A DNA stretch of 64,000 nucleotides. Origin: Nitrosopumilaceae archaeon (GTDB lineage Archaea > Thermoproteota > Nitrososphaeria > Nitrososphaerales > Nitrosopumilaceae). The stretch lies in assembly GCA_965207375.1 (NCBI GenBank), contig OZ242274.1, positions 1,984,001-2,048,000 of the forward strand. Direction: 5' to 3'. The notes beneath the pieces were generated by a model. That model worked only from the letters and a program-made list of their open reading frames with translations, did not search any database and was not told the DNA's origin. The position numbers were made by a program, and so were the translations under genes. Below are positions 50,196-63,761 of the stretch, one piece after another; position 1 is the stretch's first letter, and each line of letters starts with the position of its first letter.

Positions 50196-51188
50196 TTATG
50201 ATATTTGTAGTTTGTTTGTCTGTTTTGATATAAGATAGTTAGTTATCATAAAGGCCAATGATACAGCACCAGATACCAAAAAGAGCAGTTCCAGTGTGCC
50301 CAACAACGAATGAGAAAATGCATCCTCAACGGAAATATCATGAAGATGGGACACAAAATACACATATGAAAAGATAAAGTAGTTTGTAGCCCAATGCAAA
50401 AGAATGGCTGCAAGCAGTCCATGACGATAGTATACCCACCCCAAGATTATGCCTGACAGAGTTGCCTGTGCGAATTTGCCTCCGCTCCAAGATTCTCCTA
50501 AAAATACATGGGCAATACCAAATAAAATACCAACTAAAACAACAAGGATGAAAACACGGCGCAGATCAGGGACATCTAAATTCAAAAACGGATGCCAAAG
50601 TGACTTTAAGAAACTAGTCCAAGAGGCTCTACGATAAAACATTGCAAACAGTGGTAGTCCTATTAGCAGTACGCGAAATCCAATCTCTTCAGTCAAAGGA
50701 GCCAAACTAGCTGAGAAAAATTGAATTAAATCATTATTAAATTCAGGAGGAGTAGTATGTATTTCAAATTCTTGCTGAACAAAATCGATTGCTGCAGATA
50801 ATAAAACCAAAATTGCAAACCATTTGATCACAGAAACCAGATAATTTGATGAATCATCTGCTCCAAATGTCAGAATTGGTGTTAGTGCTTTAATGAAATT
50901 ATCTTTGGGACCAAACATTGCAATCGCAAATAAAATTGCAAAAATTGCCCAAATGACAACAAATGCATCACCTAAATCTAACTGAATTGGTAGATATTGT
51001 GAAAAAGATTTGAAAATAGTATCTACATATTCTAGTGGATATTGATGAGTTATTTCATTTCCAATATCGGAATTAAAAACAACGTATGCACCAATAGGAA
51101 ATGAAATTAGCATCATGCCAAAAATAATGGACAATAGTGCAGAATATGGAATTCCAAGACCCTGAAGTACTTTGTTAGTTTCTTGCAA
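50196..51188 (-). CDS. CPBP (Abi/CAAX protease-like) intramembrane metalloprotease
   Basis: EEIGFR, FGIAH, H..N motifs in TM segments. Confidence 0.92.
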   Translation of the reverse strand: MQETNKVLQGLGIPYSALLSIIFGMMLISFPIGAYVVFNSDIGNEITHQYPLEYVDTIFKSFSQYLPIQLDLGDAFVVIWAIFAILFAIAMFGPKDNFIKALTPILTFGADDSSNYLVSVIKWFAILVLLSAAIDFVQQEFEIHTTPPEFNNDLIQFFSASLAPLTEEIGFRVLLIGLPLFAMFYRRASWTSFLKSLWHPFLNLDVPDLRRVFILVVLVGILFGIAHVFLGESWSGGKFAQATLSGIILGWVYYRHGLLAAILLHWATNYFIFSYVYFVSHLHDISVEDAFSHSLLGTLELLFLVSGAVSLAFMITNYLISKQTNKLQIS

Positions 51189-51195
51189 TTTGTGT

Positions 51196-51504
51196 CTAGT
51201 GTAACTCTATAGTAGACTCTGAAAATCCTAAATCAACAAGGGTGTCCTTAATGGTGTCCCGGTGATCACCTTGCAAGAAAATGTAGCCTTCTTTGGCAGT
51301 ACCTCCACACGCATACTTGTTTTTCAAATCTTTTGCCACACGTTCCAAATCATTGAGTTTAGGATCAAGTCCTTCGATCATTGTACCCTTTTTTTTAAAA
51401 CGCCTAGTCTCCAAACGTATGATAATCTTAACGCTGTCTTTGGCCAAATCGCCGCATGCACACAGATCTTCAGGAAGGCCACAAGTATTACAAATAACTG
51501 CCAT
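51196..51504 (-). CDS. Translation initiation factor aIF1 (SUI1)
   Basis: C..CGLP.DLC.C, ACGGT, LQGDHR. Confidence 0.95.
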   Translation of the reverse strand: MAVICNTCGLPEDLCACGDLAKDSVKIIIRLETRRFKKKGTMIEGLDPKLNDLERVAKDLKNKYACGGTAKEGYIFLQGDHRDTIKDTLVDLGFSESTIELH

Positions 51505-51734
51505 TCGTTCGTTACAATTCATTATAACATACTATTAACCTTTTAGAATTGCCATGGCTGTGTTTTGTCCAAAAAGTGGTTTCATGGCTGTGAGGTAATG
51601 GTCAAAAATCTACCCATCTATCTAGGCAAAATCACGCACAATAGGTACCAGGATATAGGCGCATAGCCCAATTACACAGCAGCTCGGATTGTACCACTCA
51701 TGATCAAGGGTGCATAGCCCACACCTGTGCAAGA

Positions 51735-51775
51735 GTCGATCCACTAGTACGGCGCCTGGGTGGTTATCATGTGTT
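51735..51775 (-). ncRNA. Putative structured RNA motif, copy 2
   Basis: gtcgatccactagtacggcgcctgggtggttatcatgtgtt matches 36903-36946. Confidence 0.4.
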
Positions 51776-51931
51776 AATTAATCAATTAGATCAACTTGAA
51801 TTTTATGACAGTGAATTGAGTTAGCCGATCATTGTCTAATCTGTGAATTTTCACCACTTACAAGTTAGAGTCAATTTGCAGGCAAAAACATCATTAATTT
51901 GAAATCAAATGATTTCACAGTACTAGTTAGA

Positions 51932-54283
<2,352 letters not shown>

Positions 54284-54448
54284 TTTCCTAACTTTATGGG
54301 ATTATCAACATATATGTAAGTGTTAAACCATGCCTAGAATTTTACTCTATTCTTTAAAAACAACACAAATTTGTGCCTAAAATCAGGACATCTTTTGCTT
54401 TACAATCTAGTGCCAAATACTAATTTTGGGCAAAAATTAACAAAATAC

Positions 54449-54754
54449 ATGGATGAACTTACAAAAAAGGCAGCAGACATGCTGCTACAAGGTGCAACAC
54501 TAGTAAGCGAGCCATGTCCATATTGTAAGGGAGTACGGGTGATCAAAGATGGCAATGCATTATGTGTCAGTTGTGGAAGGAGACCACAAAAGGAAAGAAT
54601 CGAGCCAAAAACGGTTCTGCAGACACTAGAAGAGAAATTAAAAACATTGTCAGAGGAATTGGAGGTAGAAAAGGATCATCAAAGACAACAAGACATTATA
54701 AAATCAATTGATTCCCTTGTAAGTACAATAACGAATTTAAAAAAACATCAATAA
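54449..54754 (+). CDS. Auto_anti-p27 (Sjogren/scleroderma autoantigen 1-like) zinc-ribbon protein
   Basis: ADMLLQGATL...CPYC...CVSC followed by a coiled coil. Confidence 0.85.
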   Translation: MDELTKKAADMLLQGATLVSEPCPYCKGVRVIKDGNALCVSCGRRPQKERIEPKTVLQTLEEKLKTLSEELEVEKDHQRQQDIIKSIDSLVSTITNLKKHQ

Positions 54755-54790
54755 GGTTTTTAAGTAAATATTAGATTTGAGTGTATAATC

Positions 54791-54955
54791 ATGGCAGAAA
54801 AAAAAGGCGCACCATTACCAGCATCAAGTGCAGGACTATTGCGTTTCTTTGAGGATGAAACCAAGGGCTTTAAAATTGATCCAAGAATTGTTGTCAGTAT
54901 GCCGATTGGATTAATCGCTATTTCATGGGCATTAGATGTATTGTTGATAAAGTGA
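54791..54955 (+). CDS. secG: Preprotein translocase subunit Sec61beta (54 aa)
   Basis: Manual translation with SSAGLLRFFEDE..G.KIDP followed by a TM segment. Confidence 0.92.
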   Translation: MAEKKGAPLPASSAGLLRFFEDETKGFKIDPRIVVSMPIGLIAISWALDVLLIK

Positions 54956-54962
54956 CATCACA

Positions 54963-56699
54963 ATGGATGGTTCAGCAAATAACGTATCTGGAATTCACAA
55001 ACGTTATACGTTAACATTATTCAATCCTTCGTCACACTATCAGTCACTTGTTTTTTCAATTGGAATAGTTGCAGCAATAACTGCAGTATCTGTATTTAGC
55101 TACGAGTTCACAGATGACTATATTACAAGAATCATCATGGTAATTCCTGTACTATTAGTTACGCAGATAATCGATTCTAGATTGTTCAAAAATAAAGAAT
55201 ATTCAAAGTCATTACACATGTCGCTGTTTGGAAATTTAATTTGGCTCATAACATCGGCTACGGCAGTTTTGGCAGCACACGTATTAGACAAGCCAGAGAT
55301 TGCTGCAATGCACTTTATTATCGGAATGTTTCTCTTTGTCAGCTTTAGAATAGGGATTTTTACAACAATACTAGGAGTTAGTTTGCCAAAGGCGTGGCTT
55401 ATTTGCTTCATACAGCCTCTAGCAATTTTGCTGACATTGTTGCCGCCAAATATGTGGAATGCATTAATTGATCCCATATCGTTGGCATTTGGAGCAGTTT
55501 TTATCGTAGTTGCATCTGTCTGGTCCAAAATGACTGACGATGCAGGAAAGCCGGGGGTCCAAAGCACTCATGAATTAATTCAGGTGTATCTGTCATCACA
55601 GGGAGAAAGCAACAAGGAGATAGAATCAATTATAGAGGAGCGTTCAAATCAATCTACAATCAAAACGCATCAAATTCGACTTGCAAATGAAAAAGATACA
55701 GATTTGAGACTGGTACTACCAGATATACATCCGGGCCCCTTTCACCCAATAGGCGGAAGCAACATATCATATAGAATTTATGAGACTCTGGACTCGTCGG
55801 CAATGGTACTGCACAGCATCTCTGATCATTCGCTGAACTTGCCATCACAGGCACAGGTGGAAAAATATCTAAAAGATCTTCAAACCACCTCCACCATTGA
55901 TCAAGGCATGACATGTACGGAACCCGTAATAGTACAGATCAACAAGGCAAGGGTGACAGGACTGTTGTTTGATAAAAAACCAATTCTGTTTTTGTCACTG
56001 TCTCCGGTCGGAATGGAGGATCTTCCAAGTTATATAAAAACTGAAATTGAGCAATTTGCAGAGAATCGAAACTTTGAGCAGGTGTTGACAGTTGATTGTC
56101 ACAACGCCATGGGAGCAGAAATATTAAAAACGGATTCAGAGGACATGCTAAAGGCTGCAAAATCCTGTTTGGATACACTGATTACAAAGGAAAAGTACCC
56201 CATAGAGTTTGGATATGCAAATTCCAAAAAATTAAACCTATATACGGTAGATCTGGCAAATGGTGGTCTGGGAATTTTGTGCCTGAAAATTAATGATTCA
56301 AAATATTTTCTTGGGTGGGCAGATGCAAACAATATGGAAAACGGAGTAAGAGAGAAAATCGTTGATGCCTTCAAAGAGCACGGCTATCAGATGTTGGAAA
56401 TATTCACATCAGATACGCACTTTTCACAGGTAAAGGTTCGCAACAAAAACGGATACTATCAATTTGGAATAATTTCAAAGCCAGCAGAGATAGCCAACTG
56501 GTATCTAAAAATTGCAATGGATGCAGAGTCAAATATCAGTCCCGGAAAATTTGAGATATTGCAAAATGTGTCTAAAATTAAAATCATGGGGCCTAAAATA
56601 TTTGAAGATTTTAAAATTGCAATGGATAATTCGCTAAGAATTACAAAGTTTTTTGCAAGTGGTGGATTTGGATTATTTATAATCAGTCTGTTTCTATAG
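54963..56699 (+). CDS. DUF2070 family membrane protein
   Basis: N-terminal TMs, HPGPF..IGGSN, DCHN, DANN, TSDTH. Confidence 0.88.
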   Translation: MDGSANNVSGIHKRYTLTLFNPSSHYQSLVFSIGIVAAITAVSVFSYEFTDDYITRIIMVIPVLLVTQIIDSRLFKNKEYSKSLHMSLFGNLIWLITSATAVLAAHVLDKPEIAAMHFIIGMFLFVSFRIGIFTTILGVSLPKAWLICFIQPLAILLTLLPPNMWNALIDPISLAFGAVFIVVASVWSKMTDDAGKPGVQSTHELIQVYLSSQGESNKEIESIIEERSNQSTIKTHQIRLANEKDTDLRLVLPDIHPGPFHPIGGSNISYRIYETLDSSAMVLHSISDHSLNLPSQAQVEKYLKDLQTTSTIDQGMTCTEPVIVQINKARVTGLLFDKKPILFLSLSPVGMEDLPSYIKTEIEQFAENRNFEQVLTVDCHNAMGAEILKTDSEDMLKAAKSCLDTLITKEKYPIEFGYANSKKLNLYTVDLANGGLGILCLKINDSKYFLGWADANNMENGVREKIVDAFKEHGYQMLEIFTSDTHFSQVKVRNKNGYYQFGIISKPAEIANWYLKIAMDAESNISPGKFEILQNVSKIKIMGPKIFEDFKIAMDNSLRITKFFASGGFGLFIISLFL

Positions 56700-57315
56700 T
56701 TTTAAGATCATCTAGATTCCCGTAAAACTCGTCTACAAAGGAGGAAAATTGCAATATTGGAACAATTGGTACCCTGTCAATAAAGTCAATCTTGTCCTGA
56801 TAGAGTGTTACTATTACCGGAACTGCAATAGAATGCTCAGTTTTTGCCACGTATAGTTTTGTTCTTTCTACTTGATTTTCTACTGCTTTACGTAAGGCAG
56901 ATGCGTCGTATCGCTTCCAATGTTTGCAGTCAATAAGCATCGCCACACCGTAATTGATCCCAATCACATCAATTTCCTTGCGGGGTTTTGTTAAAATCAG
57001 GTTCTTTATAGTTGCAAATCCCTTTGAATCCAATATTTTTGCAGTCAATGCTTCAAATGACTTCCAATCAAGGTAAACAGAGACATCATCAATTAATGCA
57101 CCCTTTTCAATTAGCATCAAGGCAGCAGACAACCTATCAGATTCATCAAACATGTACTGCTCATTTACAAGGGTGCCAATATTGTTTTCAACAAAGGCAT
57201 CAAGTACAAACGTCGAATCAGATGATTTCATATCTGTAACGTTGCAAAAATCCAACACAGAAACACCTCCAGGAATTACACCCTCTAGTCCTTTTACCAT
57301 CAAGGCAAGATTCAC
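56683..57315 (-). CDS. PD-(D/E)xK Mrr-like endonuclease domain protein
   Basis: WKSFE....IL...GF, EIDV, IDCKHW. Confidence 0.8.
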   Translation of the reverse strand: MNLALMVKGLEGVIPGGVSVLDFCNVTDMKSSDSTFVLDAFVENNIGTLVNEQYMFDESDRLSAALMLIEKGALIDDVSVYLDWKSFEALTAKILDSKGFATIKNLILTKPRKEIDVIGINYGVAMLIDCKHWKRYDASALRKAVENQVERTKLYVAKTEHSIAVPVIVTLYQDKIDFIDRVPIVPILQFSSFVDEFYGNLDDLKTIETD

Positions 57316-57393
57316 GGTGAGTGATCATTTTGTCATGATTTTAAGTGTTTTAAAAAAAGACGTTTAATTATATCTGTAATCACAAATTACAGT

Positions 57394-59844
57394 ATGAAAA
57401 TTTTATTGTATGGTATAATTCCCGTATTGTTGATTTTGTCTGGTTCTGCAAATGCAACAGGCGGTACAAATGTAGACACTATACAATTCATACAGTATTT
57501 GGATGAAAACACGGCCCTAGAGGAGGTTAGAAACGGAAATTTAGACATGTACTATTACAGAATTGCATCAGATAGAATAGAGGGCACAGAATCAAAAAAA
57601 GGCCTAAAGATATACGAATCAACGGGTGGCTCATACAGCATGCTGGTAAATCCGGCAGAATCAGAAAAGTTCAATCCATTTTCAATCAAGGAGGTAAGAT
57701 TTGCACTAAACTATCTCATAGACAGAAAACTAATAGTAAATGAATTGATGGGCGGATACGGAGTCTCTATGATTTCAAATTATGGTCCGTTTGATTCTGA
57801 ATATCTTACAATTCTAAATGAATTAGAACAGTTTCAATTCAAATACAATCCCAAATTAGCATCCAAGATAATTTCAGACGCATTGACTGCCCATGATGCA
57901 CAAAAAATAGACGGCAAATGGCACCACAAAGAAATTCCCGTACAAGTTACAATATTTATCAGAAGTGATGACCCAGTTAGGAAATCAATCGGTGAGATAT
58001 TTGCATCAGAATTAGAACAAATAGGCTTTGAGGTAAAAAAGGACTTTGGAGACCTAAACAAGGCCTTTGTAATAGTGTACGGCTCAAATCCGGCAGACAT
58101 AAAGTGGAATCTATACACAGAAGGATGGGGCGGAAGATCTGCATTTGTAAGGTACGACTCTACAGGATTGGCTCAAATGTATTCTCCATGGTTTTCAAAC
58201 ATGCCAGGATTCAACGATCCGTCATATTGGAATTATAAAAATGACAGGCTTGATGAGCTGACCCAAAAAATCTATACCGGCGATTTTGCTTCAGCAGAAC
58301 AAAGAAATAAACTAATACAAAACGCAACTGTCGAGGCAGTAAATGAGTCGGTGCGGATTTTTCTGGCAAGTAAGATTGATCAGTATGTCGTAAATGAAAA
58401 CGTAAAAGGCGTGATAAATGATTTTGGGGCAGGGGTTCCAACTAGATTCACACCAATCAATGCACGTGGAGACGACACAACACTGACAATAGGCGTAAAG
58501 CAGATCTATCAGGGAGCATGGAATCCGGTAAGGGGTCTAACTGACAGCTACAGCACACATATTTGGAATACACTATACGACCCAGGAGTCTTCAAGCATC
58601 CATTTACAGGAAATACAATTCCAATCAGGGCCCAATGGGAGATACAGACCAATGGAGGAGATGAAAAAATCATGGTGCCTGATGATGCAATAATATGGGA
58701 TCCAAAGCAACAGTCATGGGTCAATGTCACAGATACAGAGGCTACAAGCAAGGTTGTTTTTGATTTAGAGTTTAGCAACTGGCACAACGGCATACCAATG
58801 GATATCTACGATGTCATGTATTCGGTATACTTTGCACTAGAATGGGGCACTGCCCTAGATGAAAATGATAAAACATTTGATACAGAGTACACGCCACAGG
58901 CAGCCCAGATGATCTCAACGCTGGTTGCAATAAGGCCTATAGGAGATACCCAAATCGAGGTATATGTAGACTATTGGCATTTTGATGAGGCAGAAATTGC
59001 AGCATGGGCAGAGGTGTGGAGCAGTATGCCATGGGAAATCTATACAGCTATGGAAAAATCGGTGCTAGATGGCAAGGTATCATTTTCAAGATCGGGGGCA
59101 GTAAGCAAGAATGTGAATTGGTTGTCATTATTAGTGCCCAATGATTCTACAACAATCAAAAACAATCTGCTAGAATTCAAAGAGAACAAAGTCATTCCCA
59201 ATTCATTAAAACAGTTTGGAATAGAAAATCAATACGTGCAAAAAAGATATGATGCCTCCATTGGGTGGATTGATGAAAAAAATCACGCCGTAATTAGCAA
59301 CGGTCCGTTTTATTTGCAAGCATATTATCCAGAATCTAGAACCATATCAATAGCATCCTTTGATGATACATCATACCCCTTCCAAAAGGGGCATTGGTCA
59401 AAGTATGAAAGAGTCGACTTTCCTCAAATTACAAAGATGCAAATCCCTGCAATTATACAAACAGACAAACTAAATTTAGAAATTGAGACCAAAAGTACAT
59501 CAGAATTAAAATATTTTATCAGCAACTCTGATGGAATTGTCAACTCACAACAGATCAAAATAAAGGAAGACAAGGCAAACATTGACATTTCTGATACTGA
59601 AAATCTCAAAGGTGTAAACAACATCAAGATATTTGCAATTTCAGATACGGTTTTGAGACCGGATTTTTATTCTGCAAGCTTTATTGTCTCAGATGAGACC
59701 ATACAGGAAGCAAACCATACAGATACGGTAAACGCACCACAGCAAAACGACAATCAGACCTTTGTCATAATAATACTTGCAGGTATAATACTAGGATTGG
59801 CAGTATATCTTAAACTACGAGCCCGTACTCAGATGCAACGGTGA
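57394..59844 (+). CDS. Family 5 (peptide/nickel) ABC substrate-binding protein with C-terminal anchor
   Basis: FNPFS..EVRFALN..IDR, WHNG, SNGPFYL, C-terminal TM. Confidence 0.88.
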   Translation: MKILLYGIIPVLLILSGSANATGGTNVDTIQFIQYLDENTALEEVRNGNLDMYYYRIASDRIEGTESKKGLKIYESTGGSYSMLVNPAESEKFNPFSIKEVRFALNYLIDRKLIVNELMGGYGVSMISNYGPFDSEYLTILNELEQFQFKYNPKLASKIISDALTAHDAQKIDGKWHHKEIPVQVTIFIRSDDPVRKSIGEIFASELEQIGFEVKKDFGDLNKAFVIVYGSNPADIKWNLYTEGWGGRSAFVRYDSTGLAQMYSPWFSNMPGFNDPSYWNYKNDRLDELTQKIYTGDFASAEQRNKLIQNATVEAVNESVRIFLASKIDQYVVNENVKGVINDFGAGVPTRFTPINARGDDTTLTIGVKQIYQGAWNPVRGLTDSYSTHIWNTLYDPGVFKHPFTGNTIPIRAQWEIQTNGGDEKIMVPDDAIIWDPKQQSWVNVTDTEATSKVVFDLEFSNWHNGIPMDIYDVMYSVYFALEWGTALDENDKTFDTEYTPQAAQMISTLVAIRPIGDTQIEVYVDYWHFDEAEIAAWAEVWSSMPWEIYTAMEKSVLDGKVSFSRSGAVSKNVNWLSLLVPNDSTTIKNNLLEFKENKVIPNSLKQFGIENQYVQKRYDASIGWIDEKNHAVISNGPFYLQAYYPESRTISIASFDDTSYPFQKGHWSKYERVDFPQITKMQIPAIIQTDKLNLEIETKSTSELKYFISNSDGIVNSQQIKIKEDKANIDISDTENLKGVNNIKIFAISDTVLRPDFYSASFIVSDETIQEANHTDTVNAPQQNDNQTFVIIILAGIILGLAVYLKLRARTQMQR

Positions 59845-60304
59845 TAATGTCAGCCTCGTCACGTATCATACAATAATCCTCTAAAAGATTTTGATTTAGT
59901 TCGTAAAATGTATGGCCCCACTTGAACTTGTCTAGTAATTTCAGAGCATCATCTTTGTGTCCCAAGATGTACAGTGCGCCTGAAATTGCCTCAACTGTAG
60001 TTAGTTTGTTTAATTTTGAATAATTGACCGGATTTCCTGCAAGCATCGGAGGCAGCTTGCGCAAGATGCCAGTAAATTTTTTGGAAAAGGTGTCTGCTGC
60101 TAAATTCCATGAACAGTCAATGGCAGTAACAGAAGAGGCAAGGGAGGAATCTGATGGAGTCAGAAACTCTGATGCAAAAGGATCTAGTATCAGGGATTTT
60201 TTAGAGGTTTTTTTTACGCCTCGTGCCAGACCGAATTTGACTAGTTTTGCAGCAGTACATTTGTTTGGATCATCTTGTTTGAGCATCAAGATGTTAACCT
60301 TCAT
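59810..60304 (-). CDS. tsr3: 16S rRNA aminocarboxypropyltransferase Tsr3 (DUF367)
   Basis: DDPNKCTA.KL, DCSW, RKLP.L.AGNPVNY, KFKWG..F..LN. Confidence 0.92.
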   Translation of the reverse strand: MKVNILMLKQDDPNKCTAAKLVKFGLARGVKKTSKKSLILDPFASEFLTPSDSSLASSVTAIDCSWNLAADTFSKKFTGILRKLPPMLAGNPVNYSKLNKLTTVEAISGALYILGHKDDALKLLDKFKWGHTFYELNQNLLEDYCMIRDEADIITVASEYGLVV

Positions 60305-60461
60305 GTACAAAAGGATCAAAACCGTACATTATTAGCCTATACCAAGCATCTTATTTTATCATCATCAGGTACAACACTGAAATCAAATTATTTCGATATT
60401 TTGCAAGGCAGACAGGATTAGATTTTTGGTCTAGATAAAATGCAGTTGGAGCAGTGTATTA

Positions 60462-63400
60462 CTAGGAAAGTGGAACGTATGTAATTTTATAATAGAATCT
60501 TGATGGCTGTTGATCTTTTATAATTGAGACCGCAAATGGCTCTAGAGGCAGGCTGCCATCATTTGCAGCAGGCAAAATTGCAAATTTTTCAAATACGACA
60601 TCAGGACCGCTGTAACGAACCTTATAGTCAGCTTGACCAAAAGACACTACCGAATAGATGGCATCAGAAGAACGTGTAGAATTAGATATCAGACAATCAT
60701 CGGACTGACCTATAACACAGACACCATCAGTGGACGTTATTTGCAAGTTGACCTGAGATTCTGCTCCCCTAACAGTCAAAAGAGAGCCAGAAAATGCTCT
60801 CGGAGTTAACGGGTGGCCCTCTGAAAATTTTGGTTCAGGAGCTATCAAAATGTTAGATTCTACAATACGGCTTACCTTGTCAGTAATTCTGCTTGGAGCA
60901 GGTGGGTCCTCAACTAGAAATGTAATTGATACGGTGTCAAATCCGGCATCAACTGTTATCTCATAAGAACCAAGACTGTTTGATTCTGGAATTTTATAAT
61001 CAAAGGTAAAGCTGACGGTAGGATCAGGTTGAATGGAGGTAACAGGGCCTGCGTGCTGACCGCAATAAAATGCACCACATGTGATAGAGTTTTCAGACTG
61101 TTTGATTATACTGACATCAAATGTCTCAACATAGACAATCTTGCTAGGCTGCCCATGAAGTTTTAGGGTATCTCCTGGATAGTATTTTTCTTTGTCAAGG
61201 GTCAAAATTAGTTCCAAGTCAGCACCTGTGCCAAGGACAAATCCGCTAGATACTCCAAACTGAGCGTTAGCAGTCTCACCAGAATAAGACGCCCTAACAT
61301 TGTATGTGCCCTCTAGGAAAACAGATATTGGCAGCTCAAATGAGCTTGTGTAAAAGCCACCATTATCAGGAAATACATTTGCCTCATAGATTACACCATA
61401 GGGGGAAACACCAGATAATACTTTGATGTTTACCAAATCCGGAATTAAACCTGCAGAGCTTTGAGATTTTTCCAAAACATTGCCTCGTACAATTAACGTA
61501 TCACCTAACTGATACAGAGAACGATCTGTAAAAACCGCAAGTGGAGATACATCAAGTGAGTAATTTTGAGGATCTTTTGATATCTTGAAAAATACATTTG
61601 CGTTATTTCCTCCAATTTCTACATTTAGCCGATATACTCCAATGTTGCTTTTGGAGACGGCCCTGTCGTTTTCTGATCCAGAAGAGGTTTCAGATATTGG
61701 AGTGTCCCAACTCCAAGAGAAAAACCCACCATCAATTGTGGTGCCGAATTTATCAGTGTCACCATCTGGCTTGTAAAGCGTAAGGGATACTGCTTGACTG
61801 TCGCTAGTCTGTGCGCCGAATTTTCCAAACAGGTTCAAGGTTTCTCCGAATCCGTAGATTTCCTTATCTATAGACACAATAATTTCAGAGCTTCCCAAGT
61901 TGATTGGATCAGTTACAATAAAAACAGTAGTGTCTTGCAAATTGCCATACTTTGCATGTATCGCATATGCACCTTCAGGGAAAAGTGAGCGTATGGCCTC
62001 AGCATCTACCATAAAGTTGCCAGCAGGATCAGGAATTGCAGTAAATCTTAGATCAACTGGGGCGCCTGCGCGAGTATTTTCATCAGCCGAGGTGCCTGCA
62101 GAAGCCAAAGAGTTGCCAGCAGTGTTTGTAATTGTGATCTCAACTGGTACAGTTACAAAGGTGCTTGCAATTATCTGATTCCGAATAGAACCGCTGATAC
62201 GTACAACCTCACCTATTTCATAGACTGCCTTGTCAGTAACTACAAAAAATGGATCCGTTGGAGAAACAAAGTTTGAAGAATCCTCAACTATGGCAAATTT
62301 TGTGCTAAAGGTGCCTATTTTGCCACTAACAGTCACCCTGTACTCTCCAAAGCTTTCAAAGTTTTCAGGAATGGCAATTTCATGACTAAATGTACTGTCA
62401 CCTTCAAGTTTTACATTGTCTAGTATTTTCAGACCCGTTCCGCCGCTAGTACTCAAAGCAAGATTTGAGGATTTTAAAATTTCAAGTGAAAGGTAAGGGA
62501 CCCAGTGATCATTTGAGCGTCCAGAAATCACAATTATCTCTCCAGGCTCATATGCTGGCTTGTCAGTTTTTAGAGAAACAGGAGTGTTTTCCTTGACGTC
62601 TGCTGTTACATCAAATGTGTGTTGGGCAGTTTGAGTAGAGTATTGTCCCAGTATGCGATATTGCCCATATGCAGGAGAGGTCGTATCTACAAACAGATCA
62701 GTCATAAAAAATACACGTCCAGAGGAATTGCCAAATTCTTTTGGTATGGTTACATCGGAGCTTGGAAACAAGGTGCCCTGTGCAATTTTGTCACCTGCCG
62801 AATCCTCTACGGTAAACTTTAGACCCTCAAAAGGAACCTCTTGCGTAGTAGATGCATAGATTGTAACTGTATCACCTGGCATGTATGAGATTTCATCAGT
62901 AGTAATGTGTAAAGTATGACTTTGTTTTTTAGTAGCTTCAACTATTTGGTGGCCTACTGAAAACTGCACAGTATCGGCCGTATCGCCATACTGAGCTGTA
63001 ACATTATAGATTCCCTCGCTTATACCAAGTACATTTTGCAATCCAATGCTTGTTGAGAATTCAAGATCCAGATTTGGATACAGTGTTATTATATCAGAAT
63101 AGTTTGGTCCAGAGATTGTAATTATGATTTGAACAGGTGCAAAGGTTGGTTTTTCAACAAATAATGCCTCAGATACATTACCATACAAAACAGCAGACTC
63201 TCCAAATACGTATTGTGATTTGTCTGAATTAATTGATACTGAAACTTTTGTAGATTCAGACTGGGTTTCTAGCTTTCCGTTTGTAGAACCTGGAGAAGAG
63301 GTTTCAAATGTCCAGTCAGAATCACTGTCGCTGCCTACTGCGTCATAGATGCGCTGCCATGAGGAAAAGTCATTGTCACTGTCTGTCACAGATGGAGTCT

Positions 63401-63761
63401 TATCGACCAAAGTGCCGTTTGAATTCCAAAGTTGTACAGAATCAGAAATATCAGTAAACCATATTGGCCTATAAGAAAATGTTAAAAATTGCTCTGATTT
63501 TATTTCGGTTCCTGCCGGAATAACAAGCGTCTTTGTTAAAACTGTTGGAACAATCTCCCATCCTCCAATATCAACGGTTTCAGATGTGGGATTGTAGAGT
63601 TCAATCCATTCAGAGATTGTTTTAGAGTCATCGCCTGGAGGATTGGTCTCAATTTCATTAATTACAACATGATTGGCAACTGATGCAGTCTGGGCATATG
63701 CATGGCTGCCGCTAAAAAGCACTAGCGAGAGGGCCAATAATAGCATGATTTGGATTTTCAT
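60462..63761 (-). CDS. Secreted lamin-tail-domain protein with repeated MG2/Ig-like modules
   Basis: VVINEIE.NP, EWIELYN...VDIGGW, SPG..N; about seven TDK..Y..G(D/E) repeats. Confidence 0.88.
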   Translation of the reverse strand: MKIQIMLLLALSLVLFSGSHAYAQTASVANHVVINEIETNPPGDDSKTISEWIELYNPTSETVDIGGWEIVPTVLTKTLVIPAGTEIKSEQFLTFSYRPIWFTDISDSVQLWNSNGTLVDKTPSVTDSDNDFSSWQRIYDAVGSDSDSDWTFETSSPGSTNGKLETQSESTKVSVSINSDKSQYVFGESAVLYGNVSEALFVEKPTFAPVQIIITISGPNYSDIITLYPNLDLEFSTSIGLQNVLGISEGIYNVTAQYGDTADTVQFSVGHQIVEATKKQSHTLHITTDEISYMPGDTVTIYASTTQEVPFEGLKFTVEDSAGDKIAQGTLFPSSDVTIPKEFGNSSGRVFFMTDLFVDTTSPAYGQYRILGQYSTQTAQHTFDVTADVKENTPVSLKTDKPAYEPGEIIVISGRSNDHWVPYLSLEILKSSNLALSTSGGTGLKILDNVKLEGDSTFSHEIAIPENFESFGEYRVTVSGKIGTFSTKFAIVEDSSNFVSPTDPFFVVTDKAVYEIGEVVRISGSIRNQIIASTFVTVPVEITITNTAGNSLASAGTSADENTRAGAPVDLRFTAIPDPAGNFMVDAEAIRSLFPEGAYAIHAKYGNLQDTTVFIVTDPINLGSSEIIVSIDKEIYGFGETLNLFGKFGAQTSDSQAVSLTLYKPDGDTDKFGTTIDGGFFSWSWDTPISETSSGSENDRAVSKSNIGVYRLNVEIGGNNANVFFKISKDPQNYSLDVSPLAVFTDRSLYQLGDTLIVRGNVLEKSQSSAGLIPDLVNIKVLSGVSPYGVIYEANVFPDNGGFYTSSFELPISVFLEGTYNVRASYSGETANAQFGVSSGFVLGTGADLELILTLDKEKYYPGDTLKLHGQPSKIVYVETFDVSIIKQSENSITCGAFYCGQHAGPVTSIQPDPTVSFTFDYKIPESNSLGSYEITVDAGFDTVSITFLVEDPPAPSRITDKVSRIVESNILIAPEPKFSEGHPLTPRAFSGSLLTVRGAESQVNLQITSTDGVCVIGQSDDCLISNSTRSSDAIYSVVSFGQADYKVRYSGPDVVFEKFAILPAANDGSLPLEPFAVSIIKDQQPSRFYYKITYVPLS